Of a stretch of DNA of 32,000 nucleotides, positions 1 to 15,000 are shown one piece after another. Location: NCBI RefSeq assembly GCF_000012345.1, contig NC_007205.1:900001-932000 (forward strand), in the 5' to 3' direction. How positions within the stretch are numbered: the stretch's first letter is position 1; each line of letters starts with the position of its first letter. Source of the stretch: Candidatus Pelagibacter ubique HTCC1062 (GTDB lineage Bacteria > Pseudomonadota > Alphaproteobacteria > Pelagibacterales > Pelagibacteraceae). The notes beneath the pieces were generated by a model, which saw only the letters and a program-made list of their open reading frames with translations, was not told where the DNA came from and did not search any database. The position numbers and the translations under genes were made by a program.

Positions 1-1
1 C

Positions 2-3000
2 ACTAGTTTTGATTTTACAGTAAATGATGGCGATGCAGATAGTGCCTCAGCTAATACAATTACAGTCAATGTAACAGCAGTTAACGATGCACCTGTTGCA
101 GATAACGAAACTAATTCAGTCAATGAAGATGCAACATTAACCGTTACCGATGGAACTTCAGATGTTTTACATGGAGACACTGATACTGAAAATGATGCAT
201 TAACCGTTACCCAAATTGCAGTAACAGGTGCATCTGCTTCATCAGTTGCAGGAAGTAGTACTTACAATAGTAACGGAACATCAAAAACAGGTACTTATGG
301 TACTTTAGTAATTGGTGCGGATGGTACTTATACTTATACAGCAGATCAATCAGCTGCTGATGACCTTGATGCTGGAGATACCGCAACCGATAGTTTTACT
401 TACACGGTTTCAGATGGAACCGCAACGGATACTGCAACAATTACAATAACAGTGACAGGTATCAATGATGTACCAGAAGCTGCAGATAAAACTGTAACTA
501 CAAATGAGGATACAGCTTATGTATTTTCAGCATCAGATTTTGGCTACACAGATGCAGATGATGATGATGCGTTAGTAAGTGTAAAAATTACAGGATTAGA
601 ATCTGCTGGTGCTTTACAATATAACAATGGATCAGCTTGGGTAGATGTAACTGAAAATCAAGTGATAACAGCAACGGATATCGGTAATAATAAATTGAGA
701 TTTAACCCAGCTGCAAATGAAAATGGATCTTCTTACACTAGTTTTGATTTTACAGTAAATGATGGCGATGCAGACAGTGCCTCAGCTAATACAATTACAG
801 TCAATGTAACAGCAGTTAACGATGCACCAACTGCAAGAGGTGACACTGGTATTGTAAATGAAGATGTAACGTTAACAGTTTCTAATAGTAGTAATGCAAC
901 AACAAGTGTTACTGCAGCTTCATTTGTTAGATCTAAATCTTTAGGGGATGCAGGATATCAAAGTCAGGAAACAAAATTTAGTCCTGATGGAACAAAAATG
1001 TTTGTGCTTGATACTTATCAAAATACAAATGAAATTCATCAATATACATTAACAACCGCCTTTGATATTTCTAGTGCTTCATTTGATGGTGCAGATGAAA
1101 CTTTTGACCTTAGTAATGAGAATTCTTCATCGAGTAATTTCACATTTAATAATGATGGAACCAAATTCTATTCAGCTTATTCGGGTAGATTATATGAATA
1201 TGACGTATCAACTGCTTATGATATTTCCACAAGTTCTTATAATAATAATTTCTTTGATTTAATACTGGAGTACCCAAATACTCGTAATATGGGTAGTGGT
1301 GTAAACGTAGCATTTAATAGCGATGGAACCAAATTATTTGCGCTAGATGCACAACAACGTGAAGTGCATGAATACTCTCTTTCAACTGCCTTTGATGTAA
1401 CTTCAGCATCTCGTACAAATAATTATGTAAGTGTTGGCACTCAAGAAGCAAGTCCATACGGTTTTGCATTTAGCAATGATGGAAAAAAAATGTTTATATC
1501 TGGATTGGGAAAGGATGTTAATGAATATACACTCTCAACTGGTTTTGACTTATCATCTACTTTTGAGTTTGTAGGTAGTTTTGATGTTTCATCTAAAGAT
1601 TGGTATCCACTCGGTATTACATTTAACAATGATGGTACAAAAATGTTTGTGACAGGCTCACAACAAGATAAACTTTTTGAATATTCGCTTACTACTCCTT
1701 TCAGCTTAATAGATGTATCAGGTGAACATTCAGGAGATGTCATTAACACAAGTTCAACAGATAATTATGATACAGACCCTGAGGGCGACGCACTAACGGT
1801 TACAACTTACTCTCATACATCAGCAACAGATCAAGATGGGGGTAGTATATCTTCAACAAGCAGTACTGGAACAGCTGGAACCAACAATGTTACAGGTTAT
1901 TATGGAACATTGGATTTAGAAGGTAATGGTTCTTACACTTATACTGCAGATCTAACAGTAACTCAGGCCTTAGATTCAGGAGATACTGTAACAGATATAT
2001 TTACTTATACTGTAGATGATGGAAATGGTGGAACTGATACAGTAACTATAACAATTACAGTAATTGGTATGAATGATGCTCCAGTTGCACAAAATGATGT
2101 TGGAGTTATTGTCGAAGATGGAACTTTAACAGTTTCAAATGGTGCTAATGCCAATGTTTCAGGTTCTTATGATGCAACAGGTGAACATTCTGGTGATGTA
2201 ATTGATACTAGTTCAAGTTCTCATACAGATAGTGATGCCGATGCTAGTGCATCTCTAACAGTTTCAGCAATTAGAACAGGCTCAAGCGAAGGTTCAGGAA
2301 CCGCTGGTTCAATTGGTTCAGCTTTAACGGGTACTTATGGTCAATTAACCATTGCAGCAGATGGCTCTTATTCTTATGTAGCTAATCAAGATGCAGCGGT
2401 AGGTGACTCAGTCACAGAATCATTTAATTACACATTATCAGATGGAACAGCAACAGACATTGGAGTAATTACAATTACAATTCTTGGAGTTAATGATGCA
2501 GGTTTCATTAAAGAAGGTGGAACTTTAACTGTTGCAAATAGTGCAGCCGCTAACTCTGGAGCAAGCACCGGTAATCATACTGGAGATATTACTGATAATG
2601 GTAGCAATATTACTAGTATCACTGCAACGACAGCAGGTGGAAATGCACAAACAACTTTTTCAAGTAACTCTGAAACAGTGACAGGTGAGTACGGTACTTT
2701 AACAATTAACTCTGATGGTTCTTACTCTTATGTTGCAAACTCAAATATATCAGGCCTTGATGCAGGAGATGCAAATATAAAGGATGTCTTCACTTATATC
2801 GTTTCAGATGGCTCCACTACATCTACTGCAACCCTTACAATGAATATTATTGCTAGCCAAGATCTAACTGCACGAGATGATAATGGTACTGTAAATGAAG
2901 ATGCAACGTTAGAAGTTGATGATGGTGATAATTTAACAACTGTTGCACCAGCATCTTACGATGATAGCGATAGCTTTACTATTGCAGGTTCAGATTCAAA

Positions 3001-6000
3001 TCCTGTTACTACTCAAAGTACTTTTAACGATTTACTTTTTAATCCTGATGGAACAAAAATGTACACATTAGGATCTGCTTCTGGTCTCTCTGGTAGAAGC
3101 CTTTTTCAATACACATTATCAATTCCTTTTGACGTATCAACTGCTTCAGTTTCAAGTAATGATAATGCTGATGTTGGAGGCTCATGGACTACAGACAACG
3201 AAGCTATGAGATTTAATAATGACGGAACAAAGCTTTTTGTTCTTTTTGATTCTCCTAATCAAAATACTTCAAGTTATATGTATCAATACACTTTAAGCAC
3301 CCCTTACGATATTACCAGCACTGTAACAGCGGGTAATTCCCTCCGGTTAGGGAATCAGTATAAAAATTATAGAACATTTCTTTTTAATGACGATGGTTCA
3401 GAGATGTTTATTAGTGAAGTTAGTGGTATATACAAATATACTTTAAGTACTTCTTTTGATACTTCAACTGCTTCAAAAACTTCTTCATATTTGTCTGCAA
3501 GTGTTACTGGTATGCAATATAATAACGATGGTACAAAGTTATTTACAGTTTATCAAACAACAACAATTGGTTCTACAGCAAAAATATCACAGTGGTCATT
3601 GTCAACTGCTTATGATCTTATGACTGCAAGTTCAAATAGCACCTATTTTGATACTGGTGAAGCTACTGGTTCTCTTGGTAATGGAGTCCCTACTCAATTT
3701 ATCACTTTTAACAATGATGGATCAAAATTCTTTAGTTTTAATGGTAGTAGTGATCCAGCAAAAATTAAAGAATGGAATCTAGCTTCACCTTTTAATGTAG
3801 TAAATGTTAGCGGCGAACATTCAGGAGATGTCATTAACACAAGTTCAACTGCTAATTATGATACAGACCCTGATAGCGATACTCTTACAGTTACTGCGAT
3901 TAGAACAGGATCAAGTGAGGGATCGGGTACCGTAGGATCTGTTGGTTCAGCTTTAACAGGAACATACGGTCAATTAACAATTGCTGCAAATGGATCATAT
4001 ACCTATGTAGCAAATCAAGATGCAGCGGATGCATTGGATCCAGGTGATGTGGTAACTGACACTTTTAATTATACAGTTTCAGATGGACAAGGTGAAACGG
4101 ATATTGCAGTTTTAACTATTACTGTTAATGGAATTAATGATACACCTGTTGCAGATGCTGAAACAGGTTCAGTTGATACAACTCAAACTTTAACAGTCAC
4201 TGATGGTACTTCAGATCTTTTACATGGGGATACGGATGCAGATGCTAGTGCTTCATTAAGTGTATCGAGTATTGTTGCAACCACAGCAAGTGGAAGCGCA
4301 ACTGCTGTTAATCCAGGAACTGCTTATAATTCAGGTTACACATCAGTTACTGGCAGTAAGGGAACTTTGAGAGTTGGTGCAGACGGTACTTATCAATACA
4401 TTGCAGGTTCAAGTACTGGTACCGATGTTTTTACTTACACATTATCAGATGGAACAGCAACACATACAGCTACTTTAACAATTACAGTTAATAGTAGTAA
4501 CAATGCTCCTTCAGCTGTTGCAGATACTGATAGTGTTAATGAAGATGCAACAGTTACTCAAAGCTCAGGTTCAGGTTTATTAAATGCAGATGATTCAGAT
4601 GCTGATGGTGATAGTTTAACGGTTACTCAAATTAAAAAAGATGGTGGAAGTAATTCATCCGTATCTGGAGGAAGCTCATATAATTCAAGCGGAACATCAG
4701 TCACAGGAACCTATGGAACATTAACGGTTGGAGCTGATGGAACTTATACATATGTTGCGGATCAAGCTGCAGCTGATGCTTTAGATGCAAGCGACACTGT
4801 TACAGATGTATTTACTTATACTATTTCAGACGGCAATGGTGGAACAGATACTGCAAATTTAACTATTACAGTCACAGGTGTTAATGATGCACCTTCAGCT
4901 ACAAATGACACAGGGTCAGTTAATGAAGATGCAACTTTAACAGTTTCAACAGCATCAAGTGGTGTAACTCAAGATAATGATACAGATGCGGACGCCGATG
5001 ATAGCGCATCATCATTGGTTATTACTCAAATTAAAAAAGATGGTGGATCAAATAGTTCAGTTAGTGGAGGAACCAATCATAGCAACGGAACTTCGGTTAC
5101 AGGAACTTATGGGACATTAGTCATTGGTGCTAATGGAACTTATACTTATGTAGCTGATCAAGATGCAGCGGATGCATTAGATGCAAGCGACACTGTTACA
5201 GATGTATTTACTTATACAGTTTCAGATGGAAATGGTGGAACAGATACTGCCAATATTACAATTACTGTTACAGGAGTGAACGATGACCCAATTGGAGTTA
5301 ATGATACAGATAGTGTTAACGAAGATGCAACTATAACTGAAAGCTCAGGATCAGAATTATTAGTTGCTGATGATACAGATGCAGATGATAGTTCATCTTT
5401 AACGGTGACACAAATTAAAGTCACAGGTGGATCAAATAGTTCTGTTGCTGGAAGTAGTACTTATAATAGTAATTTTACAACAGTTACTGGAACTTATGGA
5501 ACATTAAAAGTTGGTGCTGATGGATCTTATACTTATGTTGCAGATCAAGCTGCAGCGGATGCACTAGATGTTGGTGATAATGTGACAGATAGTTTTACTT
5601 ATACAGTCTCAGATGGAACAGCAACATCTACAGCAACATTAATAATTACAGTAACTGGTATCAATGATGTACCAGTTGCAGTTAATGATACAGATGCTGT
5701 AAATGAAGATGCAACTATAACTGAAAGCTCAGGATCAGAATTATTAGTTGCTGATGATACAGATGCAGATGATAGTTCATCTTTAACGGTGACACAAATT
5801 AAAGTCACAGGTGGATCAAATAGTTCTGTTGCTGGAAGTAGTACTTATAATAGTAATTTTACAACAGTTACTGGAACTTATGGAACATTAAAAGTTGGAG
5901 CTGATGGATCTTATACTTATGTTGCAGATCAAGCAGCAGCTGATGCGCTAGATGCAAGTGATACTGTGACAGATAGTTTTACTTATACCGTATCAGATAA

Positions 6001-9000
6001 TACATGGTTTGATACAGCTACATTAATAATTACAGTAACTGGTATCAATGATGTACCAGAAGCTGCAGATAAAACTGTAACTACAAACGAAGATACTCCT
6101 TATGTATTTTCAGCAAATGATTTTGGCTACACAGATGCAGATGACGATGATGCGTTAGTAAGTGTAAAAATTACAGGATTAGAAGATGCAGGTGCTTTAC
6201 AATATAATAATGGTAGTGCTTGGGTAGATGTAACTGAAAATCAAGTGATAACAGCAACGGATATCGGTAATAATAAATTGAGATTTAACCCAGCTGCAAA
6301 TGAAAATGGATCTTCTTACACTAGTTTTGATTTTACAGTAAATGATGGCGATGCAGATAGTGCCTCAGCTAATACAATTACAGTCAATGTAACAGCAGTT
6401 AACGATGCACCTGTTGCAGATGATGAAACAGGAGCTGTTAATGAAGATGCAACATTAACTGTTACGGATGGAACCTCAGATGTTTTACACGGAGATACAG
6501 ACGCAGATAGTGATACTTTAACAGTTACAACTTATTCTCATACATCAGCTACAAATCAAAGTGGTGGAAATGCATCATCTGCAAACGGAAACAGTGGAAC
6601 AGCAGGAACAAATGCTGTCGTAGGTTATTATGGTACATTAACTTTAGCAGCGGATGGAACTTATACTTATGCAGCTGATCAAAGTGCTGCAGATGATTTA
6701 GATGCTTCAGACACTGCAACAGATGTCTTTACCTATACACTATCAGATGGAACCGCAACGGATACTGCAACAATTACAATAACAGTGACAGGTATCAATG
6801 ATGCTCCAGCTGCAGTCAATGATACTGATGCTGTAAATGAAGATGCAACAGTTACCAGAACTTCAGGTGATAATTTATTAATGGCAGATGATAGTGATGC
6901 TGATGATGATGATAGTTTTACCGTTACACAAATTGCAGTAACAGGTGGATCAAATAATGCAGTTACTGCAAGCAGTACTTATAATTCTGGTTCACCAGAA
7001 ACGGTAACAGGAACTTATGGTACACTTACTGTTGGTGCTAATGGAACATATACTTACGTTGCAGATCAATCAGCGTCTGATGATTTAGATGCTTCAGACA
7101 CTGCAACAGATAGTTTCACTTATACAATATCGGATGGAACAACAACAGACACTGCAACATTAATCTTTACGGTAACAGGAATTAATGATGTACCAACTGC
7201 TGCAGATAAAACTGTAACTACAAATGAGGATACAGCTTATGTATTTTCAGCATCAGATTTTGGCTACACAGATGCAGATGACGATGATGCGTTAGTAAGT
7301 GTAAAAATTACAGGATTAGAAGATGCAGGTGCTTTACAATATAATAATGGTAGTGCTTGGGTAGATGTAACTGAAAATCAAGTGATAACAGCAACTGACA
7401 TTGCTGCTAATAAATTAAGATTTAACCCAGCTGCAAATGAAAATGGATCTTCTTACACTAGTTTTGATTTTACAGTAAATGATGGCGATGCAGATAGTGC
7501 CTCAGCTAATACAATTACAGTCAATGTAACAGCAGTTAACGATGCACCTGTTGCAGATGATGAAACTAATTCAGTCAATGAAGATGCAACATTAACCGTT
7601 ACCGATGGATCGTCAGATGTTTTACATGGAGATACCGATGTTGATAGTGGCGATACTTTAACAGTTACAACTTATTCTCATACATCAGCTACAAATCAAA
7701 GTGGTGGAAATGCATCATCTGCAAACGGAAACAGTGGAACAGCAGGAACAAATGCTGTCGTAGGTTATTATGGTACATTAACTTTAGCAGCGGATGGAAC
7801 TTATACTTATGCAGCTGATCAAAGTGCTGCAGATGATTTAGATGCTTCAGACACTGCAACAGATGTCTTTACCTATACACTATCAGATGGAACCGCAACG
7901 GATACTGCAACAATTACAATAACAGTGACAGGAATTAACGATGCTCCAGTTGCAGTCAACGATACTGATGCAGTTAACGAAGATGCAACAGTTACCAGAA
8001 CTTCAGGTGATAATTTATTAATGGCAGATGATAGTGATGCTGATGATGATGATAGTTTTACCGTAACTCAAATTGCAGTAACAGGAGCTTCTAATTCTTC
8101 AGTTGCAAGCTCAAGTTCTTATAATAGCAATTTTACTTCAATTACTGGAACTTATGGAACATTAAAAGTGGGTGCTGATGGTACTTATACATATGTAGCC
8201 GATCAAAGTGCAGCTGATGATTTAGACTTAAATGATACTGCAACAGATAGTTTCACTTACACAATTTCAGATGGTGATACTACTGACACTGCAACATTAA
8301 TCTTTACGGTTACAGGAATTAACGATGCTCCAGTTGCAGTTGATGATACTGATGCTGTTAACGAAGATGCGACAGTTACAAGAAGTTCAGGATCAAGTTT
8401 ATTAATGGATGATGATAGTGATGCTGATGATGATGATGCATTTACAGTTACACAAATAGCAGTAACAGGTAGCTCCAATAATGCAGTTACTGCAAGCAGT
8501 ACTTATAATTCTGGTTCACCAGAAACGGTAACAGGAACTTATGGTACACTTACTGTTGGAGCTGATGGTACTTATACATATGTAGCTGATCAAAATGCTG
8601 CTGATGATTTAGATGCTTCAGACACTGCAACAGATAGTTTCACTTATACAATATCGGATGGAACAGCAACAGACACTGCAACATTAATCTTTACAGTAAC
8701 TGGTGTTAATGATGTACCAGAAGCTGCAGATAAAACTGTAACTACAAATGAGGATACAGCTTATGTATTTTCAGCATCAGATTTTGGCTACACAGATGCA
8801 GATGACGATGATGTGTTAGTAAGTGTAAAAATTACAACATTAGAAAGTGCTGGTGCATTACAATATTATAATGGTAGCGCTTGGGTAGATGTAACCTTAA
8901 ATCAAGTAATAACAGCAACAGACATTGCTGCTAATAAGTTGAGATTAAATCCAGCTACTAATGAAAATGGTTCGCCTTACACTACTTTTAATTTTACAGT

Positions 9001-12000
9001 AAATGATGGGGATGCAGATAGCGCAACTCCAAATACAATTACGGTAAATGTTACAAATGTAAATAACGCACCTGTTGCAGATAATGAAACTAATTCAGTT
9101 AATGAAGATGCAACAGTCACAGTCACAGATGGAACGTCTGATGTTTTACATGGAGATACGGATGCAGATAGTGGTGATACCTTAACAGTAACTCAAATTG
9201 CAGTAACAGGTGGATCAAATAGTTCAGTTGCTGGAAGCAGTGCTTATAACAGCAATTTTACTTCAGTTACTGGAACTTATGGAACATTAAAAATAGGTGC
9301 TAATGGAACATATACTTATGTAGCTGATCAATCAGCGTCTGATGATTTAGATGCTTCAGACACTGCAACAGATAGTTTCACTTACACAGTTTCAGATGGA
9401 ACAGCGACAGACACTGCAACATTAATCTTTACAGTAACAGGAATTAACGATGCTCCAGTTGCAGTCAACGATACTGATGCAGTTAACGAAGATGCAACAG
9501 TTACCAGAACTTCAGGTGATAATTTATTAATGGCTGATGACAGCGATGCTGATGATGATGATAGTTTCACAGTAACTCAAATAGCAGTTACTGGTAGCTC
9601 TGATAACGCAGTTACTGCAAATAGTACTTATAATTCTGGTTCACCAGAAACAGTAACAGGAACTTATGGTACACTTACTGTTGGTGCTAATGGAACATAT
9701 ACATATGTAGCTGATCAAAATGCTGCTGATGATTTAGATTTAAACGACCAAGTAACAGATAGTTTCACATATACAATATCGGATGGAACAGCGACAGACA
9801 CTGCAACATTAATCTTTACAGTAACAGGAATTAACGATGCTCCAGTTGCACAAAATGATGTAGGAGTTATTGTCGAAGATGGAACTTTAACAGTTTCAAA
9901 TGGTGCTAATGCCAATTTATCAGGAAGTTATGATGCAACAGGTGAACACTCTGGTGATATTATTGATACTAGTTCAAGTTCTCATACAGATAGTGATGCT
10001 GATGATAGTGCATCTCTAACTGTTACTGCAATTAGAGTAGGCTCAAGTGAAGGTTCAGGAACAGCAGGATCCATTGGATCTGCTTTAACGGGAACGTATG
10101 GTCAATTAACCATTGCAGCAGATGGTTCTTATTCTTATGTAGCCAATCAAGATGAAGCGGATGCATTAGATGCAGGTGACTCAGTCACAGACTCATTTAA
10201 TTATACATTATCAGATGGAACAGCAACAGATATTGGAGTAATTACAATTACAATTCTTGGAGCAAACGATGCTCCCGTTGCTAATAACGATACTGGTTCA
10301 GTAAATGAAGACGCAACCTTGACAGTTTCCTCAGCTTCAAGTGGAGTTACACAAGATAACGATACAGATGTAGATGGTGATGATACAGTTTCATCTTTAA
10401 CAGTTACACAAATAGCTGTTACTGGAAGTTCAAACTCAAGTGTTACTTCAAGTACTACTTATTCTAATGGAACTTCTGTAACGGGAACTTATGGTACACT
10501 GGTTATTGGCGCAAATGGTACTTATACATATGTAGCTGATCAAAGTGCTGCAGATGATTTAGATTTAAATGATACTGCAACAGATAGTTTCACTTACACA
10601 GTTTCAGACGGAACAACAACAGACACTGCAACATTAATCTTTACAGTGACAGGTATCAATGATGCTCCAGTTGCAGTCAATGACACCGATGCATTAAATG
10701 AAGATGCAACAGTTACCAGAAGTTCAGGTGATAATTTATTAATGGCAGATGATAGTGATGCTGATGATGATGATAGTTTTACTGTTACACAAATTGCAGT
10801 AACAGGTGGATCAAATTCAAGTGTAAACTCAAGCACTACTTATTCTAATGGAACTTCAGTAACTGGAACATACGGTACTCTAGTTGTTGGAGCTGACGGA
10901 TCATATACATATGAAGCAGATCAAAGTGCTGCTGATGATTTAGATTTAAACGACCAAGTAACAGATAGTTTTACATATACAATATCGGATGGAACGGCAA
11001 CAGACACTGCAACATTAATCTTTACAGTGACAGGAATTAACGATGCTCCAGTTGCAGTCAATGATACTGATGCTGTTAATGAAGATGCCACAGTAACCAG
11101 AAGTTCAGGCTCAAGTTTATTAATGGCAGATGATAGTGATGCTGATGATGATGATGCATTTACAGTAACTCAAATTGCAGTAACAGGTGGATCCAATAGT
11201 TCAGTTGCTGGAAGTAGTACTTATAACAATAATTTTACCTCAGTTACTGGAACTTATGGAACATTAAAAGTTGGTGCAGATGGAACATATACATATGTAG
11301 CCGATCAAAGTGCTGCTGATGATTTAGATGCTTCAGACACTGCAACAGATAGTTTCACTTACACAGTTTCAGATGGAACAGCGACAGACACTGCAACATT
11401 AATCTTTACAGTAACTGGTGTTAATGATGTACCAACAGCTTCAGATAAAACAATTTCTACTGCAGAAGATACCCCTTACGTATTTTCAACTTCTGATTTT
11501 GGATACACAGATGCAGATGATGACGATGCATTAGTAAGTGTGAAAATTACAACATTAGAAGACGCTGGTGCCTTACAATATTATAATGGTAGCGCTTGGG
11601 TAGATGTAACTTTAAATCAGGTGATAACAGCAACAGACATTGCTGCTAATAAATTAAGATTAAATCCTACTGCAGATGAGAATGGATCTCCTTATACAAC
11701 AATTGGTTTTTCTGTAAATGATGGTGATGCAGATAGCGCAACTCCAAATACAATTACGGTAAACGTTACTGCTGTTAATGATGCTCCAGTAGCTGACAAC
11801 GAAACTAATTCAGTGAATGAAGATGCAACAGTAACTGTGACTGATGGAACCTCAGATGTTTTACATGGAGATACTGATGTTGATAGTGGTGATACCTTAA
11901 CAGTAACTCAAATTGCAGTAACAGGTGGATCAAACAGTTCAGTTGCAAGCTCAAGTTCTTACAATAGTAATTTTACTTCAATTACTGGAACTTATGGAAC

Positions 12001-15000
12001 ATTAAAAGTTGGTGCTGATGGTACTTACACTTACGTTGCAGATCAAAGTGCAGCTGATGATTTAGATGCTTCAGATACTGCAACAGATAGTTTCACTTAT
12101 ACAGTTTCAGACGGAACAGCTACTGACACTGCAACATTAATCTTTACAGTGACAGGAATTAACGATGCTCCTGTAGCAGTTAACGATAGCGATGTAGTTA
12201 ATGAGGACGCAACAGTAACACAAACTTCAGGCTCAAGTTTATTAATGGCAGATGATAGTGATGCTGATGATGATGATAGTTTTACTGTTACACAAATTGC
12301 ACTAACAGGTGGATCAAACAGTTCAGTTGCAAGCTCAAGTTCTTACAATAGTAATTTTACTTCAATTACTGGAACTTATGGAACATTAAAAGTTGGTGCT
12401 GATGGTACTTACACTTACGTTGCAGATCAAAGTGCAGCTGATGATTTAGATGCTTCAGATACTGCAACAGATAGTTTCACTTATACAGTTTCAGACGGAA
12501 CAGCTACGGATACAGCTACATTAATCTTTACAGTGACAGGTATCAATGATGCTCCCGTTGCAGTCAACGATACTGATGCATTAAATGAAGATGCCACAGT
12601 AACCAGAAGTTCAGGCTCAAGTTTATTAATGGCAGATGATAGTGATGCTGATGATGATGATGCATTTACAGTAACTCAAATTGCAGTAACAGGTGGATCA
12701 AACAGTTCAGTTGCAAGCTCAAGTTCTTATAATTCAAGTGGGACTCAAGTTACAGGTACATACGGTACACTTACTGTTGGTGCTGATGGTACTTATACAT
12801 ATGTAGCCGATCAAAGTGCAGCTGATGATTTAGATGCCTCAGATTCTGTAACAGATAGTTTCACTTACACAATTTCAGATGGTGATACTACTGACACTGC
12901 AACATTAATCTTTACAGTAACCGGAATTAATGATGTGCCAACTGCATCTGATAATGCAGTTACTACAAACGAAGATACCCCTTATGTATTTTCAGCATCA
13001 GATTTTGGATACACAGATGCAGATGATGATGATGCATTAGTAAGTGTAAAAATTACAACTTTAGAAGATGCTGGTGCATTACAATATTATAATGGTAGCG
13101 CTTGGGTAGATGTAACTTTAAATCAGGTGATAACAGCAACAGACATTGCTGCTAATAAATTAAGATTAAATCCTACTGCAGATGAGAATGGATCTCCTTA
13201 CACTACTTTTAATTTTACAGTAAATGATGGGGATGCAAGTAGTTCAACACCTAATACTATTACGGTAAATGTAACAGCAGTTAATGATACTCCAACAGCT
13301 ACTGATGATACAGCTAGTGTTAATGAAGATGCTACTACAACCATTTCATCTGCATCAAGTGGAGTAATAGATGACAATGATACAGATCCAGATTCATCAG
13401 ATACTTTAACTTTAACTAACGTTGCTCATACAAATGGAAACACAGAAAGCGTTACATCGAGCACCACTTATTTAAATGGTCAATCAATTACTGGAACTTA
13501 TGGTGCTTTAACAGTGGGTGCTGATGGAACATATACATATGTAGCAGATCAAAGTGCTGCTGATGATTTAGATGCTTCAGATACTGCAACAGATGTCTTT
13601 ACCTATACACTATCAGATGGAACAGCAACCGATACTGCAACAATTACAATTACTATTACTGGTGTTAACGATGCTCCCGTTGCAGTCAATGATACTGATG
13701 CTGTTAACGAAGATGCAACAGTTACCAGAACTTCAGGTGATAATTTATTAATGGCAGATGATAGTGATGCTGATGATGATGATAGTTTTACCGTAACTCA
13801 AATTGCAGTAACAGGAGCTTCTAATTCTTCAGTTGCAAGCTCAAGTTCTTATAATAGCAATTTTACTTCAATTACTGGAACTTATGGAACATTAAAAGTT
13901 GGTGCTGATGGAACATACACTTACGTTGCAGATCAAAGTGCTGCTGATGATTTAGATGCTTCAGATACTGCAACAGATAGTTTCACTTATACAGTTTCAG
14001 ATGGAACAGCGACAGACACTGCAACATTAATCTTTACAGTGACAGGAATTAATGATGCTCCAGTTGCGGATAATGAAACAAATTCAGTAAATGAAGATGC
14101 AACACTTACAGTCACAGATGGAACTTCAGATGTTTTACATGGAGATACGGATGCAGATGACAGCGCATCTCTAACAGTTTCAGCAATTAGAACTGGAGCG
14201 GAAGGCGGAAGTGGAACTGCAGGCTCAATTGGTTCTGGTTTAACTGGTACTTATGGAACTTTAACTTTAGCAAGTGATGGAACATATACATATGTAGCCG
14301 ATCAAAGTGCTTCAGATGATTTAGACGCTTCAGACACTGCAACAGATGTATTTACCTATACAGTTTCAGATGGAACCGCAACGGATACAGCAACAATTAC
14401 AATTACTATTACTGGTGTTAACGATGCTCCAGTTGCAGTCAATGATACTGATGCTGTTAACGAAGATGCGACAGTTACAAGAAGTTCAGGATCAAGTTTA
14501 TTAATGGATGATGATAGTGATGCTGATGATGATGATGCATTTACAGTTACACAAATAGCAGTAACAGGTAGCTCCAATAATGCAGTTACTGCAAGCAGTA
14601 CTTATAATTCTGGTTCACCAGAAACGGTAACAGGAACTTATGGTACACTTACTGTTGGAGCTGATGGTACTTATACATATGTAGCTGATCAAAATGCTGC
14701 TGATGATTTAGATGCTTCAGACACTGCAACAGATAGTTTCACTTATACAATATCGGATGGAACAGCAACAGACACTGCAACATTAATCTTTACAGTAACT
14801 GGTGTTAATGATGTACCAGAAGCTGCAGATAAAACTGTAACTACAAATGAGGATACAGCTTATGTATTTTCAGCATCAGATTTTGGCTACACAGATGCAG
14901 ATGACGATGATGTGTTAGTAAGTGTAAAAATTACAACATTAGAAAGTGCTGGTGCATTACAATATTATAATGGTAGCGCTTGGGTAGATGTAACCTTAAA

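Noticed and set aside
452-454. The GTG at 452 is given by the ORF track as the start of the giant ORF.
   Set aside because: The same frame is open from nt 2 and encodes the same repeat modules; nt 1-130 closely match 7455-7585. The codon is an internal Val, and the real start lies upstream of the window.
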